Below the pieces are notes generated by a model. It saw only the letters and a program-made list of their open reading frames with translations. It had not been told where the DNA came from and made no database searches. Position numbers and translations under genes: made by a program. Positions 36,030-49,567 of a stretch of 64,000 bases of DNA are shown here, in pieces. The number at the start of each line of letters is the position of its first letter. The first letter of the stretch is position 1. The DNA is from Tubulanus polymorphus. Taxonomy: Eukaryota; Animalia; Nemertea. The DNA lies in contig NC_134029.1 in NCBI RefSeq assembly GCF_964204645.1, forward strand, positions 16,114,950-16,178,949, read 5' to 3'.

Positions 36030-39000
36030 TTACAGCACTTCGGGATAAACCACATTTATAGTTTTTCTATCATTGGTTGCCGTAGGAAAGAACAAATGGG
36101 AGGAAGCACCAACTCTGGAAAAGGCTACGTACAACTGTCCGTGCGAGAAACATGGGGATTCTAGACTTATTCCAGAGTTCTTTAATGTTTGGCCCTGCGC
36201 CTTATTGATAGTCATGCCAAATGACAAAGAAATAGGGAATTGTAGCCTCCTGAATTGAAATGCATAGTCACTCGGTATAAGAGGTATTCTAGGTTTGAGT
36301 ACAGTATCTCCCGAAAACTCTCCAACGCTTATCGTTGCCTCAATTATGAATTTGTGAAGCTTTTTCACAATCAACCTCGTTCCATTACATAATCGAGGAG
36401 CATCGAGGTTTCTCAATAAGATGATGGGTGTCCCAATTTTAAGTTTTATTATATGAGGTGGCATTCCTGGTGGATGAAGTGAATTCAGGAATTCCGCCGG
36501 GAACTGAACCATTTGGTCGATGTCACGAATAGTGTCAATAGATTTAAATGTATGCGTATCTCCTGGAATTCTATCAAGCAGAAACTGATTAATGTCACGT
36601 ACAGCATCATTCCGAGGTGCGAGTATAGCACGTTCAGCTAGCCAGTTCGGTTTCTGGTAGTTCACAGGTAAGTCAGGAAAAACGTTATTGATCAATTGCT
36701 GAGATGATAAAACGGCCGTACCAACTGATGGGGGTATTGTTATGTGTTGGTTAGAATCCAGAGGTAATTTTCCATCACCAATCTTAGTAAATTTTGAGAG
36801 AATGTAGCTGCATCCTGATCCCCTGATAGGTGAACACGCATATTGGTTTTTAAAGTAATTATTTCCACATATTGCCATAGGACCGAAGCTTTAAGTGACG
36901 CATTCACTTGATCTGCTCTTGTTCCACGGCGAACAATAGGCAATGTTTGCCTGAAGTCTCCAGCAAATAGAACTGTTATACCGCCCATTATTTCGGGGGA
37001 TTGGCGCAAATCGCGCAATGTTCTGTCCAAAGCCTCGAATCCATTTTTATGAGACATAGTACATTCGTCCCAAACTATTAGGGATGTTTCTCTTAAGAGT
37101 GATGCTACACCAGAACCATTGGCAATGCTGCATGTTGGATAATCATCAGTTGCAAGGTTAAGCGGTAATTTAAATGTTGAATGTGCTGTCCTACCGCCTT
37201 TTAATAGAGTAGCAGCTATACCGGACGAAGCTACAGCTAGGGCAATTTTGCCACTGAGGCGTAGTTTTGCAAGTATAAGATTAAGTAAGAATGTTTTGCC
37301 AGTGCCGCCTGGTGCATCCAGAAAAACCATACCACCAGATTGATGTTGTAATTCTAAGATTCTTCGATAACAGGCTAATTGGTCAGGTGTCAAATTCTTA
37401 GATCGATCATTGACAATTTGTTCCAATTCTAACTCATCATAGCTGGTTTCCTGTAATGATTCTCTACCACACAACAACATCAGCAACTGTTTTTGGTAGA
37501 CCATAATACTCCAAACTTTTGCCGCTTGGGAATGATAGTGATTTTGTCTCAATGTCCACTAAAGCCATGTTGTAAATTCTATCAGAGTATGTCACTTCAA
37601 CATGAGCATTTTGTTTTTGGCATCTATGTAAATAATCTTCTGACATGGCATTTTTGTGCTTATGCCACAATGAACGTGGATCCGATAGTTCACACATATA
37701 TAATAATAATGCAAAGAGATGTCGCACTTTCCGAGGCGATTCGCAGAGGATTGCTTCTTCAATTGTGGAATCCCATTGTTTATCATCTTCGAGTAAACCC
37801 AGTTCATTACATGTATCACGGAATGTAGTAAACTCATGGCCATTAACAGTACGTAGTTGTGAGTAGCTAGTCGGACCTGGAACCGTATGGAGGAGTCTAA
37901 GATAGTAGCACTCCGCATTGCAAGGGTCAATAGTGTAGACCCTACCGAGTGCAGCAGCATTCTTAACTCCATTTGCATCAGGAACAGGAATTCCTTTTAC
38001 CCTTCTTTTCCAGTTTTTGTTTTTTCCGTCCCAAGTATAGTATTTAGGCACTTCATAGTAGAGAAGCGTTCTAGCAAATTCATCCACTTGACATAGAGAA
38101 AAGAATGCTGTAAGTGTTGATTTTGGTGGACTTGCCGCTTTAATAGGGGCAGTTTCATTGGTGAAGTATACCCTCTGACCATTTTCTAAATGTACTTGCA
38201 GATGGTTTACTGGTGGGAATCTCTCATGTAATGGGAAAGACAAAATACGCCACACAGCTTCGTTGGTGTTTATATAGCATCCCAATTGATATTTTTCAAT
38301 CTCATTAATTGGCACATCATCCTTCTGAACCTCGAAAACGCCATATCTGATCCCTTGCAAATATATTTGCAAACGTATTTAATACTTTTTATCGAGGTGC
38401 ATATTTCGACGTTGATATGAGCATTGAATGTCCGACGCAGAAACTTATTATGGGGTACAACCCATCTATTATCTATTGTTATTTCATTGCCCTGGATAGT
38501 GACTTGTGTCGAATTTCCTCCATGATCAGTTGACCTACGTTTATACAAAGGGTATCCATCGTTGCCAGTTCGTGTTTCATGCATAAGTGGTTTTGGGTAA
38601 TTTTTTGAGCAACATCCATTATGCATGCACGGAGAGTTCGAATTGATGAAACCACATGGACCATGAATCATATTTTTGGTTATTATATCTAATAGTTCAG
38701 GGTCTTCCTGCCCAGGTAACTCTGTCGACACAAAACTGTCTATATCTACTGGTTGAATTCTGTTAATAAGCCAACACAATATGGAATACGCATGAGGAAG
38801 GCCGCGTTTTTGCCATTCGACTGTATAGATGTAAGCACGGACATCACCGAATATTTTACGGTTTGTGATGAGGTCCATAAGAGATTTCAGTTTAAGTTTG
38901 AAGACTCTAGCAATGATATCGTGGCTATCACTTGGAACCTGACCGGGCATCAGTTCCTGTTGGATCTCTGCCCATTTAGGGTTACAGGTAAAAGTTATAA

Positions 39001-40290
39001 ATAAGTCAGGGCGACCATATGCCCTAACATAGCACATGGCATCTTGTGACCTCTCGTGCATATATCTTGGGCCACCTACAAACTACGATGGAAGAATAAT
39101 CGCTTGACCAATATTCTAAGCATTTGGATCAGTACTTAGTGCATCTTTCAAATGTATATATTGCTCGGCACTTTGATGGTAGTGAAGGTAATTAAGTCTT
39201 TCGGTTTCAATTTTTGCGTACATATCTACCCAAAACTGTTGAGACAATGATTTGCAGCGTAATAAAATGTTAAATGTATCGGCCCTTTGCATCATTCTGT
39301 AAGCATAGAACTCCAGAGCAGTAATTTTTCTATCATTTATGGATTCCCCAGTGACAGGGTTAAAACCGCGGCACATGGAAATGGTATCCATCATCTCCAT
39401 GGGGGAAGAGCAGAGGGTATTGGAGGGCGTCATACTATCTGTGAGTCTCTGAAACAGACTTCAGCTTGCAATGTCTCAGTTCCAAAATGATGTCTCTTTT
39501 GGATGCAGTATTACCACTCAAGATGACTCCAACCTCCGGTGTTGTCGGTGCATTAAAGCGACGTGCGTGTTCCCCATCTGGTTTACGATCAGCATGTATT
39601 AATATCTTACAATCAGGAGATGTGAATTTTTCAATAGCAGCTTTAAAAGAGTTGATATAAGTATTGCAGGTATGTAACATATCCTGTAAATTACGTATTA
39701 GATTTATGCGCAAGTTAGGCTGCATGGAATGTCGAAGGTCACTCTGACTATCCATATTACTAACAAAGTAAATTTGCAGAAATTTCGGTGTTTCATTGTT
39801 CCTTGGAAACAATGAGCCAGCCAGATGATATACCTGCCCTTGGACCTTAAAGGTCGGCATAAATCCACTTTCACTAACGCGCGTACCTCCAAATGATGTC
39901 ATCTGAAACGTTGGATTGTATTTTCGAATATTGTTCAGATAGTGAGCGGAGAAGTCTAATTAACAGAGTTCGAAGTAGCATCGGTGGATCAGGTTCATCT
40001 TGTAACTTAACTTTTCCAAGGGAGCAACACTTTAAAGGTTATTCATGTGGCCACTTTAATGCTTTACAACACTGGCATGGTGTAGCCATACGTCCAATGT
40101 CACATTGAGGAATCTGATACTCTATGGAGGGGTCATATTTAATTGCAGCCAAGTGAAGGTTCTTGGCAGTCCATTTGATCTGAGGAGCACTTAGTGAAGA
40201 ATCCTGCAGAGTACTGGTATTCCGTTTCTGCCTGGCAACTTTGCATCTCTTTGTTGTTTTGCTGAGGCTGGACTTTTTTGGAGGCATCGT
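36030..40290 (-). pseudogene. Helitron RepHel (HUH Rep + Pif1 helicase), several frameshifts
   Basis: Rep: PDLFITFTCNPKW, VEWQKRGLPH, KYVCKYICKG. Helicase: APGGTGKT, WDECTM, GDFRQTLP, TINKAQGQT, HGQLYVAFSRV. Confidence 0.95.
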
Positions 40291-40486
40291 GTACACTAAA
40301 AACCTGAGATAATATGGAAAATAACTAAAATAAGTCATGTGTTTAAAAACTAAATCATGTTTCTATTCAAAGACTTTATAGAAACCAATTACAAAAAACA
40401 CTGTGACAACACCAATAGACATTCTGAACAAAGCATACATTTGATAGGCCTATACATTCTATGCATCGTCTATCATGATATACATT

Positions 40487-41002
40487 CTATGCATCATCTA
40501 TCATGTTAGCAGCTTGTTGTTCTGTGACCATTTCTGGGCTAGGGTCCGGCATAGTTTCATTCTCCCTCGCTCCAGTATCTTGGGTCAGATCAATCTTGGA
40601 AAGCTCCATATCGTCGGTGCTTGACATTTCAAATCTTTTTGCTGGTGGCTCATCTGCACCATGGTCGATTGCCGGTCTTCTGATTGGTGTCGAAGTTGTT
40701 GTTGTTGGTCGTTTCACAGGTGTCGGGTTGTTCAGTTTGAATATTTGTGATTTTAAATCAGCAAGTTTTTTCATGTACATTTTGTGCAGGTCGGTGAGTT
40801 TATTGTTTATATTGATACATGACCTCTCCACCGAGGTCCTGATATTGGTAAGATCTTGTGGTTTGATATTAAACTTACTGGATAGGGACGGATTTTCACG
40901 AATCGCTTGATAGACCGATATTTCAATGAGGGCAACATCCTTAATGACTTCGTCTTCATGACTTTTTATTAATTGTTTGATGTCATCCATCTTACCATTC
41001 AT
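40487..41002 (-). CDS. Helitron accessory ORF, 171 aa, unknown function, probably spliced
   Basis: Uninterrupted ORF preceded by acceptor attacag|ATG; helical N-half, Thr/Pro linker, PPAKRF NLS-like motif. Candidate upstream exon at about 41496-41567. Confidence 0.6.
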   Translation of the reverse strand: MNGKMDDIKQLIKSHEDEVIKDVALIEISVYQAIRENPSLSSKFNIKPQDLTNIRTSVERSCININNKLTDLHKMYMKKLADLKSQIFKLNNPTPVKRPTTTTSTPIRRPAIDHGADEPPAKRFEMSSTDDMELSKIDLTQDTGARENETMPDPSPEMVTEQQAANMIDDA

Positions 41003-41326
41003 CTGTAATATAAGAGGGCAAGGGTATTAAAATCGAGTACTGGATAACAATACCGTAAATCATTACTTGTTAAGTTAATAGGACAAAGGGGAAATGGGAA
41101 AAACATTTGTAAGACAAATGCCACACCTTATGTTCAATACCCGAGTGAAGTGGCCAAATTTCACTGAATGAGTCTGAAGCAGGAGCAAAAACCTTCATTT
41201 GTTAACGGGCTGGCAAAATGTTTTATTTAACGTGGACGCCTCCTCAGTCCGATGCACAAAGATAATTCTGTACAGATTAAACTTACAGAACAATAAAGGG
41301 ACTATTTGAATTTCTATTGGATAAAA

Positions 41327-41451
41327 CATAGTTGCCACTTATCGGATAAAAATCCGGAAATTATTGCAAGTCAGAAAAAAACCAATATAATGATAAATTT
41401 TAGGTCAAAGACAGTAAAAAAAATCCGGAATTCCGGAAAAGTGGCAACTCA
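41327..41451. mobile_element. Small hAT-like MITE
   Basis: agttgccactt..aagtggcaact with subterminal tccgga motifs. Confidence 0.65.
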
Positions 41452-43532
41452 GAAAAAGGATCTTGTTCATGAAACTGGTGATAATGACACATTACCTTTT
41501 GTGCTGATTGTTGTTCAGGATTTTGTGAATACAGGTATACAGTACTTTCTTATCTCTGCGACAAACCTGAAATGAGAAAAAAGTGTTGGATAAATGTTTC
41601 TGGTGGCATAAATCACACGGTCGTTTCTACCGAATGAGAATTTGTTGAGAACACAGTAGGCCCCTATGCCTGCTTAATCATACCAAGAACCACAAATCCG
41701 TATAGCCTACATAACACACTTATACGGATGAATAAACTGCCTAAGGCTACACACTTACACAGAACAATAAGTATAATTTGAATTGAATTTATTGCATGGA
41801 TGGATTAACTATTGTCTGTAAGTGTCCCTCAAGTTGTTCTAATTTCAATAAAACTGGTTTATGGGCTTACAAAAGGTTTTGGATGCTTCGTCACACTTTG
41901 AAAGTGCGACTTTTTTGAAAACGAAAGTGACTTAATTTCACTTCATGAATCCACTTTCACTTTCGCTTTTTTGAATAGAATAGAAGTTGATTTAAAAGCC
42001 TAGGGCTAGGCTACCCATACAACAACAAATAGGCCCATGGAACAATTGGAATCGAAATTCAACTCCATTGAATGCTATAACTATTGGAAATGTATAATAA
42101 TACGGGAAAAATACTCACTTTAAAAAAAACACTGGTACGAATTTCATGAATTTGCTGAATCACGCTGAATGCATAGCGGCTTCGAATCCCAGCATGAGGA
42201 TGACAAATGACTGGTTTTTAATAATGAAAAATTCAGTTGTTAAGTAGCACAACACCACTATTAACCAAAAGCACTATTAAATAATGGCATATTTAAAAGA
42301 AAGATCTGAATATAGGCATCACCGTTTTTTGATGAGGTGGCAGCACTGTATGGACTGAGCATTTTATCTTTAGTCAAAATTTTATTTATTTTAACTTCAC
42401 AATTTTGTAAATAAGGTTGTTTTCAGCAAAAAACAAACGTGCCTATTTGAAACACAAAATTCTGAGCATACTGAAACAGTAATAATATGCCACAGTACCA
42501 TAGGTTAGTCGCCTATAAGTAACAAAAAATCACGGTTTTCACTTATATGTATGTAAGATGTAGACCTGACGTGTAGAAATAAATACAAATAGCAAACAGT
42601 ACTTTAATTCTGTATAGATCCTGATATCTATAGAAAAAAAATGAATAAGAATTATTGTAGGAAAATCAGAAGTCTTTTAGGGTAGGCCTATCTAAACTGG
42701 CTGGGTATTAGGCCTATCTATTTCGAATGTGGTCGAGATACCCGGCCCACCTCAAAGGCCATGCTTATAGAGTAGGCCTTAGTGAAAGAGTCGCCAATTC
42801 AGCATGCTTGCTCGCAAAACCATGTTGTATTTCAAATGTCTTGTATTTCAAACTAAAAATCTATTCATACTTTTATAATATGCATTTAGGCCTTGTAACA
42901 TATTTATTTGACACAAAACATCAAGGTCCAGAAATTGTGGCAATAATTTCTTCAACTATAAGGCTTAATGATATATTATAAATTCATATATTATATAGAT
43001 ATTGGTCATACAATACGTCGGAAAGGGACTTGTACATTGGGTACTTGTCAATTAATTTGATAATGTCAATTACAAGAGTGTTTTTTTAGTTTATTTTGTC
43101 ACTGCGCGGAAACTGACGCAACCTCAGTAGGCCTATTTAATTGCAGCGAGTGAAATCATAACACTCCGCGAAAACTAACTCCGACACGTAGTGCAACTAG
43201 ACGGTGAGATGGTCCCTCCAAATGTAAAGATTTCACAACGCTTCCGCATGGATTCCCTGATGCTGCGCAAAAACTCCCAAACCTACTCTAAGATATCCTT
43301 TACTTAAAACAAAATGGTGACCTTTTCAACTGTAGAAAATTAGGATTTAGCATCGAAACGGTGAGAAGAGGGTCCAGAGAGTTAAGAGGCGCCCTATAGT
43401 TAATGAATTGCTTTTATTAGGATTAGACTAAATAGATGAAATCTAAGTGACGGATGCTTCGTCACAGCTTGATTTAATTTTTCATAGTTAGTAAGAAATC
43501 ATAGCGATTCGAAAACAACCTCAAGTACGGGG

Positions 43533-44217
43533 TAGTCAGTAACCTGTCTGTGGTTTAGTTTTTCGATCGGATATATATTCATGAATCGCTTCATAATTTT
43601 CTAAAAAAATTGCATGTAAGTGTTTGTTCATGCATTCATTCTCTCCAGTGCGTAGGTCGTCGTCAGTTTCTCTAAAAATAGACAAGCATCATAGTAACTG
43701 AGCCATTCGCCCTGTTTTCGTTGATAGATTTATTGTGATATTTGGCATCCAGCATCAAAACCATCTGTGACTTTTCACGAATTCCAGTGTGATTTTCTGA
43801 CTGAGACACTGAAGGGGCGTTAAATTAAAAAACTTTCTTGGGGGAGGAAAAATGGCTTAGCACCTTCGGTGCTCGCTTCGACATTGCAGAACAAGGATGA
43901 TATTTCATACTGCGCCCTGCTCTAAATTTGACCCGTGGAGAACACTGAATGTTCATTTCGTTTTGTAAGTTTTATGTAGGTTACCTAGTCTATCATGCCA
44001 CATGTACGCAATACAGAGAAATGGTGGCATTTATGGAGAAATTAATTAATTTCTCGAAAAAATGTTGATTAATCGTGTGAGTTAATGAATCAAGCCATTA
44101 ATTGAAAGTATATTTTTGAAGCGTTACTTTTTTCAACCATGTTTTGGCTCTTGTCACGTTGGTATAAGCTCATCCTATTATAAAAAGCTTACCACCAACC
44201 GATTAGGTTACTAACTA
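43533..44217. mobile_element. AcademH-like MITE, 10-bp TSD aagtacgggg/aagtacgcgg
   Basis: TAGTCAGTAACC..GGTTACTAACTA. Confidence 0.8.
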
Positions 44218-44359
44218 AAGTACGCGGTAACGAAAACACTCAAAATATTGTCATTGACAAGGAACACGTTAGATGTTGTCAATGAAACTGGAAAGAGAAT
44301 CAACTCCAATTGCATTTCATATTGAAATTGTACTGTAGATTTGGACCCAAAGCATTAAA

Positions 44360-44480
44360 CAGGGTGCCCACGGGTTTTGGAAAGTCTTGGAAAGTTTTGG
44401 AAAATGGGAATTTTTTGGGAAAGGCTATGGAAATTTTGTTTTCCTCCATGGCTATGGAAAAGGTATGGAAAATCAGAAAA
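44360..44480. mobile_element. DNA transposon terminus (CAGGGTGCCCAC with TGGAAA array)
   Basis: Repeated tggaaa subterminal motifs; the matching end was not found. Confidence 0.5.
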
Positions 44481-45696
44481 TGACCTCACAATAAAGATTT
44501 CCTTCAATTATATAGGCTATTGGCCTAAGCCAATTGTCACCACAATATGAGTTTTGGTAACAAAAGGGAGTCAATCACTTTCCAGATAACAGGTTGTTTA
44601 TAGCCTCTACACATTCGAGAACAATCTTTATGAAAACACTTTGTGAATGGTATTGATAATTGCCACTAATTTTCTTTTGTATTGAAGGACAGGACCTACC
44701 CTTTTTGGTTTACCTTTGTCAGCGATATGAAGTTGGCATTGAGCCAATTCATGCAAAATCGTGGTACGTTTTTTATGTGAGCATTTTTTTCATTGGTTCT
44801 CAGGTTTAATGACGTATAATCAATGAGATTGAAGACATGATGAACCTCCGTCGATGACATGGTCAACTTTGTTTAAATTCGACTAAAAACTTTTTTTAGC
44901 AGGAAAATTCTTAGCTCCTCGCGTATAAAATTGCAATGACCTCGATTGGGGGGCGTTGTCTCAACGAGCGAATGTGAGCTGTTTTTGGGATTTACGGGGA
45001 ATTCCGGCGCTACTAAAATAATTATGGGAAAGCCATAGAATGGCAAACGTTTCATTGGACTAGGTGGCGTATATGTGCGAATTTCAAATGCTCATTGCTG
45101 GTGAGAATGTAATTATTATCCGCCGTAGGTATTGTTTCATTTTATTACCCGGTGATTGAGATTGAATTGAAGCGAAAGTTCACTACACAAGGCCTCCACT
45201 TGCGCAAGAGTGCTAAACATTAGACTGTTGCACACACAAACACACGCTCATACAGACTACTAAATGGTGATGCTGTAACGCTGCTTGACGCGTGCACGTT
45301 TGGTATGATAACAGGCTGAATAATCGTCGTAGCAGAAGATGAGCGCTGTGTTTTCTGTTCGATAGAATTTGTAATAAATTGTAATTTCTCGTGACCTGAA
45401 AATACTAAGCAGCAAACTCTAGGTATAGGTCGAGGTCTGAATATTGTAGTGGTAAATTCCAGGATTTAAAACGATCTAATACTACGTCCCGGTGTTTTAG
45501 CTTCCGCGGCTATACATTGGAAGAGGTTTCGTTCCCAAGACTCAATATTCAGCCACCCTCTGATATGTGACATCATATGAATTTTATTTGAATATTTTTT
45601 CATATTGTGAAAAATATTTTTTTGAAAAAATATAAAATAGTTTCCCTGCCGCGCCTGCCTGTACCCTACGAAACTTTGGAAGAAGACCATAAACAA

Positions 45697-45840
45697 ATGT
45701 TTATCTTTGGTCTTACTTGACTACAAAATAATACTGTAAGAAAGATAAGATACAATATAAACTTCTAGAACTTTGAAGTCACGAATTAAAAAGCTTTTTT
45801 CAAGCAATGCCCTTACTCCGAACAACCTCTATCTTTCAAG
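45697..45840 (+). pseudogene. Candidate NARS2 first coding exon (disrupted)
   Basis: ATG at 45697, Arg/Lys-rich targeting-peptide-like fragments (SRIKKLF..EQPLSFK) and donor AAG|GTAAAC in phase with the next exon. It needs stop read-through or frameshifts. Confidence 0.4.
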
Positions 45841-46616
45841 GTAAACCACACTTTACCCATGGGCAATTTATTTCTGTCAGCTAGTCAGAATCGGTTAAGA
45901 AGACACTTCATAGTATCCACATATACACGTTTACCGAAGGGACGTGCTCAGGGCACCCAGCGTCCATCTATAAGTAGTAAAAAAGTTCCGAAGGCGAAGC
46001 TGTCGGTTGCCCCGCCGCAGTAGCCCATGCGAATAAGGCATGTTCGAATCCCAAATGTCTTAAGTTTTTCTAAGTCGACCGGATTTCGAGCATGCGCATT
46101 GTGGCACCATACGGGTGTATATGCACTGTTCACAGGTTTGACGTCACGATCTGATCATAGGTTTACAGGCTTGGATTTTATTTTCCGAGTGTGGTGTTGG
46201 GAATATTGCTAAATTTTAACTGCAAACAGATTTCTGTTTCTGTGTGTTGCAGTAGGTCTGTGGTCTTAATTATATGGCCTTGGCTAGGAGGAGTTGAGAG
46301 TACTGATGTAGCTGATTTTACAGTAAAACTCACCTCAGAATTTTGCTTGCCTCGGAAAAATTAAAATTCATTTTTTCATTTGTTACTGTTTTTCTATGAA
46401 AGTATGTGTCGTGCAAAATGGCAGAAAATTTAGTGTGACATGAATGGTAGTAAATATGGGTCAGCTATAGCACAATAAACTGAGATCAAGGTCAGGGAAG
46501 GGCATCGAGTTAATATTTGATCTTTTGCATCGAACCCTTTTAAAACCTGCATCTCTGTGCGCTGCCCAACATCTATTTCAAATTCAAAAGATTTTTCATT
46601 TTTAATTTTTTTTCAG

Positions 46617-46726
46617 GGTTGGGTTAAGGCCATACGTCATCACAAAGATTTAACTTTCATTCAACTTAGTGATGGTAGTTGCTCTTCTGATCTGCAAATT
46701 GTGTCAAGAAAATCTCTTGTTCCAAG
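46617..46726 (+). CDS. NARS2: Exon of mitochondrial asparaginyl-tRNA synthetase (anticodon OB-fold)
   Basis: Polypyrimidine tttcag acceptor, then 110 nt encoding GWVKAIRHHKDLTFIQLSDGSCSSDLQIV, then AG|GTAGG. Matches the AsnRS motif GW..S.R..K...F....DGS....LQ.V. Confidence 0.85.
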
Positions 46727-46810
46727 GTAGGACAAGGTACTATCTCTGAGTAGGTGGGACAGTGTACGTGTCTTGATTCACCCCTGCATGCCTGCATTCA
46801 GGTTCTCATG

Positions 46811-47600
46811 CAGGGCTGCCAAGTGTTCCGATTAAGGCGGAATCGTTTCGATTCGGCCAATGAAAATACATGTACACCATTCCGACCGGGTTAGAAAAAA
46901 TACAATCGCAAATTCCATCGCAAATGTCCCGATGTCCCGAAGATGGTTTTCAAAATTACGATTTTCATTTTAAAACTTCTTCATATCCTGATAATGTCTA
47001 TGAAATACACTAAATCAAATACATTTGATGGAAGAAAATGTTACGGAAAAAGCGTGACTCAGTAAAGAAGTGAATTGAACCGACTTCGTTCAACATCAAC
47101 AGTATTCATTTTTGAATTGAATGGAATTGGGTATTATCAGTTTTGGTCGGTAATTAGCTCAACCAACAACAAGATGACAGACGCTTGGCCGGAGAGCGAT
47201 TCGCGATCCGCCGAAGAATCTGTCGCTAAGACTGTTGGCCCAATGTCGAAAAAGAAGAAACGAATGCAAAAATTTCGAAAAGCTTATAAGGTGGCCTTTC
47301 TATGAATAGCTGAAAGTAAACGCGGAGTTTACTTTGCTTGCGTTCTGTTCATCTCTTGGCATTGACTTCAGCATCGCTCCACACGGCGGCCTTGATGACG
47401 TTTTTCGTCCAGACTCAGAGGAACTGGGGGTAATAGGGCTGAAACCTTGTTAACATTTTTCCTGGTTGAACACAATCTGCCCCTGGCTGCAGTTGATCAT
47501 GTGAGAGAACTATTCAAAGAAATGTTTCCCGGTCATAAAAATTTTATGAACTATCATTGTGTGCATACTAAAACTTCACATATAGTTCGCGCTCACCCTA
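46811..47600 (+). mobile_element. 5' remnant of a hAT transposon with decayed transposase N-terminus
   Basis: CAGGGCTGCCAA end with ccga repeats; fragments QKFRKAY, DFSIA..GG, FLVEHNLPLAAVDH..LFKEMFP..TKT. Confidence 0.7.
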
Positions 47601-48349
47601 GAATGATATTTTAGCAGGTTCCTATTTGACCCCTCAAAGTTCATCCTAAGATATCCGTCTGTCCCTATCTGCGTAAGGACAAGGTTTGCAGCCCCGCTCA
47701 TGCTCAATGCAGCTTTCAATCTGCAGTCTGTAACACCTACCACCTTGACAAACTATGGCTATCCTTGTAACCCATACGTCAGATGGAAATGGCCACCATG
47801 TGGTAGGGTCCTTCAAACTGGTTTAATTTCCTAAATCTCCATTACAGTAGCAGTACGCCTGATGATGGCTAATTGTATTTAGATAAAACATTGCTCAAAA
47901 TAAAGTCATTTTTATATAGAACTTTCATCTTTGGCTGAATTCATTGTGGGATTTCTCACGTTCTTACAGATCTATATATTATTGTAAGGTATTATTGTAA
48001 ATCACCGGAATGCAAATTACAAGTGCAGCTTGATCTCAAACCTGCGATGTGCAAGACAGGCACGCTAGACAATCAAGTTTAATCACTTAACTCGAAGAAC
48101 CATTATTTGTAGCTTAGATCAGTATAACAAAAAACCAGGGTTCAGACATTTAACTGGTTTTAGGGTACATCATATTGAAAAGAATCGATGCTATCAGAGT
48201 GCTATAATTGATTCGAGCGTTTATTACCAATTTGTTGTGAAATCTGAAAGAGGATACATTTTTTGTTCAAAATCAGGGTGTGCATGAATAATAGTAATAA
48301 ATATAGCTGCAAAGCAGCGATAACCGGTTTTCTGCTGTCTTAGAATCCT

Positions 48350-48590
48350 GTTCATCGGTGGATTTCGACAAAGCATTTGATAAGGCACAACATCAGCCAT
48401 TACTAACTAAACAGGCTATTAGGAAACAGTATCGATGATAGGTCGCCCAAATGGCTCAGCAGTTATCTCTGAACGAAAACTTTGAGCCAAAATCAACGGA
48501 ACGGCTCATCTTGGAATAAGTCGGTCTAACTAGTGGAGTCACGCTAGGTAGTATCCTAAGTCGTCTACTGTTTAATGTCCTGACTAAGTA
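48350..48590 (+). pseudogene. CR1/L2-type reverse transcriptase fragment
   Basis: DFDKAFDK..H..LL.K and SGVTLGSILS.LLF (decayed GVPQGSILGP.LF). Confidence 0.7.
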
Positions 48591-48807
48591 ATCCAAATAC
48601 TTAAAGGATTGTGCGTGCCTATGTATAGTAAGTAAAATATCGCTAACTAAAAACTTGAAGCGAGAGATTTTTATTGCAAATGAACTAGAACATGGCGGAT
48701 TTAGGTTCCAATTTCCGGTTCTGACTAGCGCCATCAAACGAGTAATTCAAGAACTTGAATTTGTCGATATCCCGTATTGGCCTAATTATTCAAAAGCTAA
48801 TAAAGTG

Positions 48808-49460
48808 GGCGACAAAACCAAAAAAATGAATTGTCCCGGGCGATGAAACCAAAATAATCAATTGTCGCGGGCGATAAAACCAAAATATTGAATTGTCGCG
48901 GGCGACAAAACGAAAAAAATGAATTGTCGCGGGCGATAAAACCAAAATCTTGAATTGTCGTGGGCGACAAAACCAAACTAATGAATTGTCGCGGGCAATA
49001 AAACCAAAATAATGAATTGTCGCGGGCGATAAAACCAAAATAATGCATTGACGCTGACGATAAAACCAAAATATTGAATTGTCGCAGGCGATAAAACCAA
49101 AATATTGAATTGTCGCGGGCGACAAAACGAAAAAAATGAATTGTCGCGGGCGATAAAACCAAAATCTTGAATTGTCGCGGGCGACAAAACCAAACTAATG
49201 AATTGTCGCGGGCAATAAAACCAAAATAATGAATTGTCGCGGGCGATAAAACCTAAATAATGCATTGACGCTGACGATAAAACCAAAATATTGAATTGTC
49301 GCAGGCGATAAAACCAAAATATTGATTTGTCGCGGGTGACAAAACCAAATTAATGAATTGTCGCGGGCGATAAAACCAAAATAATGAATTGTCGCGGGCG
49401 ATAAAACCAAAATAATAAATTGTCGCGGGCGACAAAACCAAAATTATTGTTTTGTCGCGT
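48808..49460. repeat. 31-bp minisatellite, about 21 copies, with higher-order blocks
   Basis: aattgtcgcgggcgataaaaccaaaataatg units; the variant tgcattgacgctgacg recurs at about 49043 and 49261. Confidence 0.95.
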
Positions 49461-49567
49461 TATTTTAGTTTTGTCGTTTTGTCATTATGTCGCCCTCATT
49501 CGCATATTCGTGTTTTTTTTACGCATGGCCCTTATCAGCCACCATACTAAAGCCTTAAGGTCGCCTA

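Larger units (their letters stand above)
35866..42558 (-). mobile_element. Helitron, about 6.7 kb, with both termini
   Basis: 5' A|TCTTACATACATATAAG at 42558 and 3' ACGGGTATTTTGCTAG|T at 35866; AT target, no TSD. The 3' hairpin looks incomplete. Confidence 0.8.

Noticed and set aside
44230-44325. Peptide TRNTLDVVNETGKRIN resembling NARS2 exon 1
   Set aside because: No splice donor and an in-frame stop follows; probably chance.
48790-49441. Stacked repetitive ORFs
   Set aside because: Artefacts of the minisatellite.
48808-49460. CRISPR-like periodicity
   Set aside because: Contiguous 31-bp monomers with no unique spacers, no cas genes, and a eukaryotic context.
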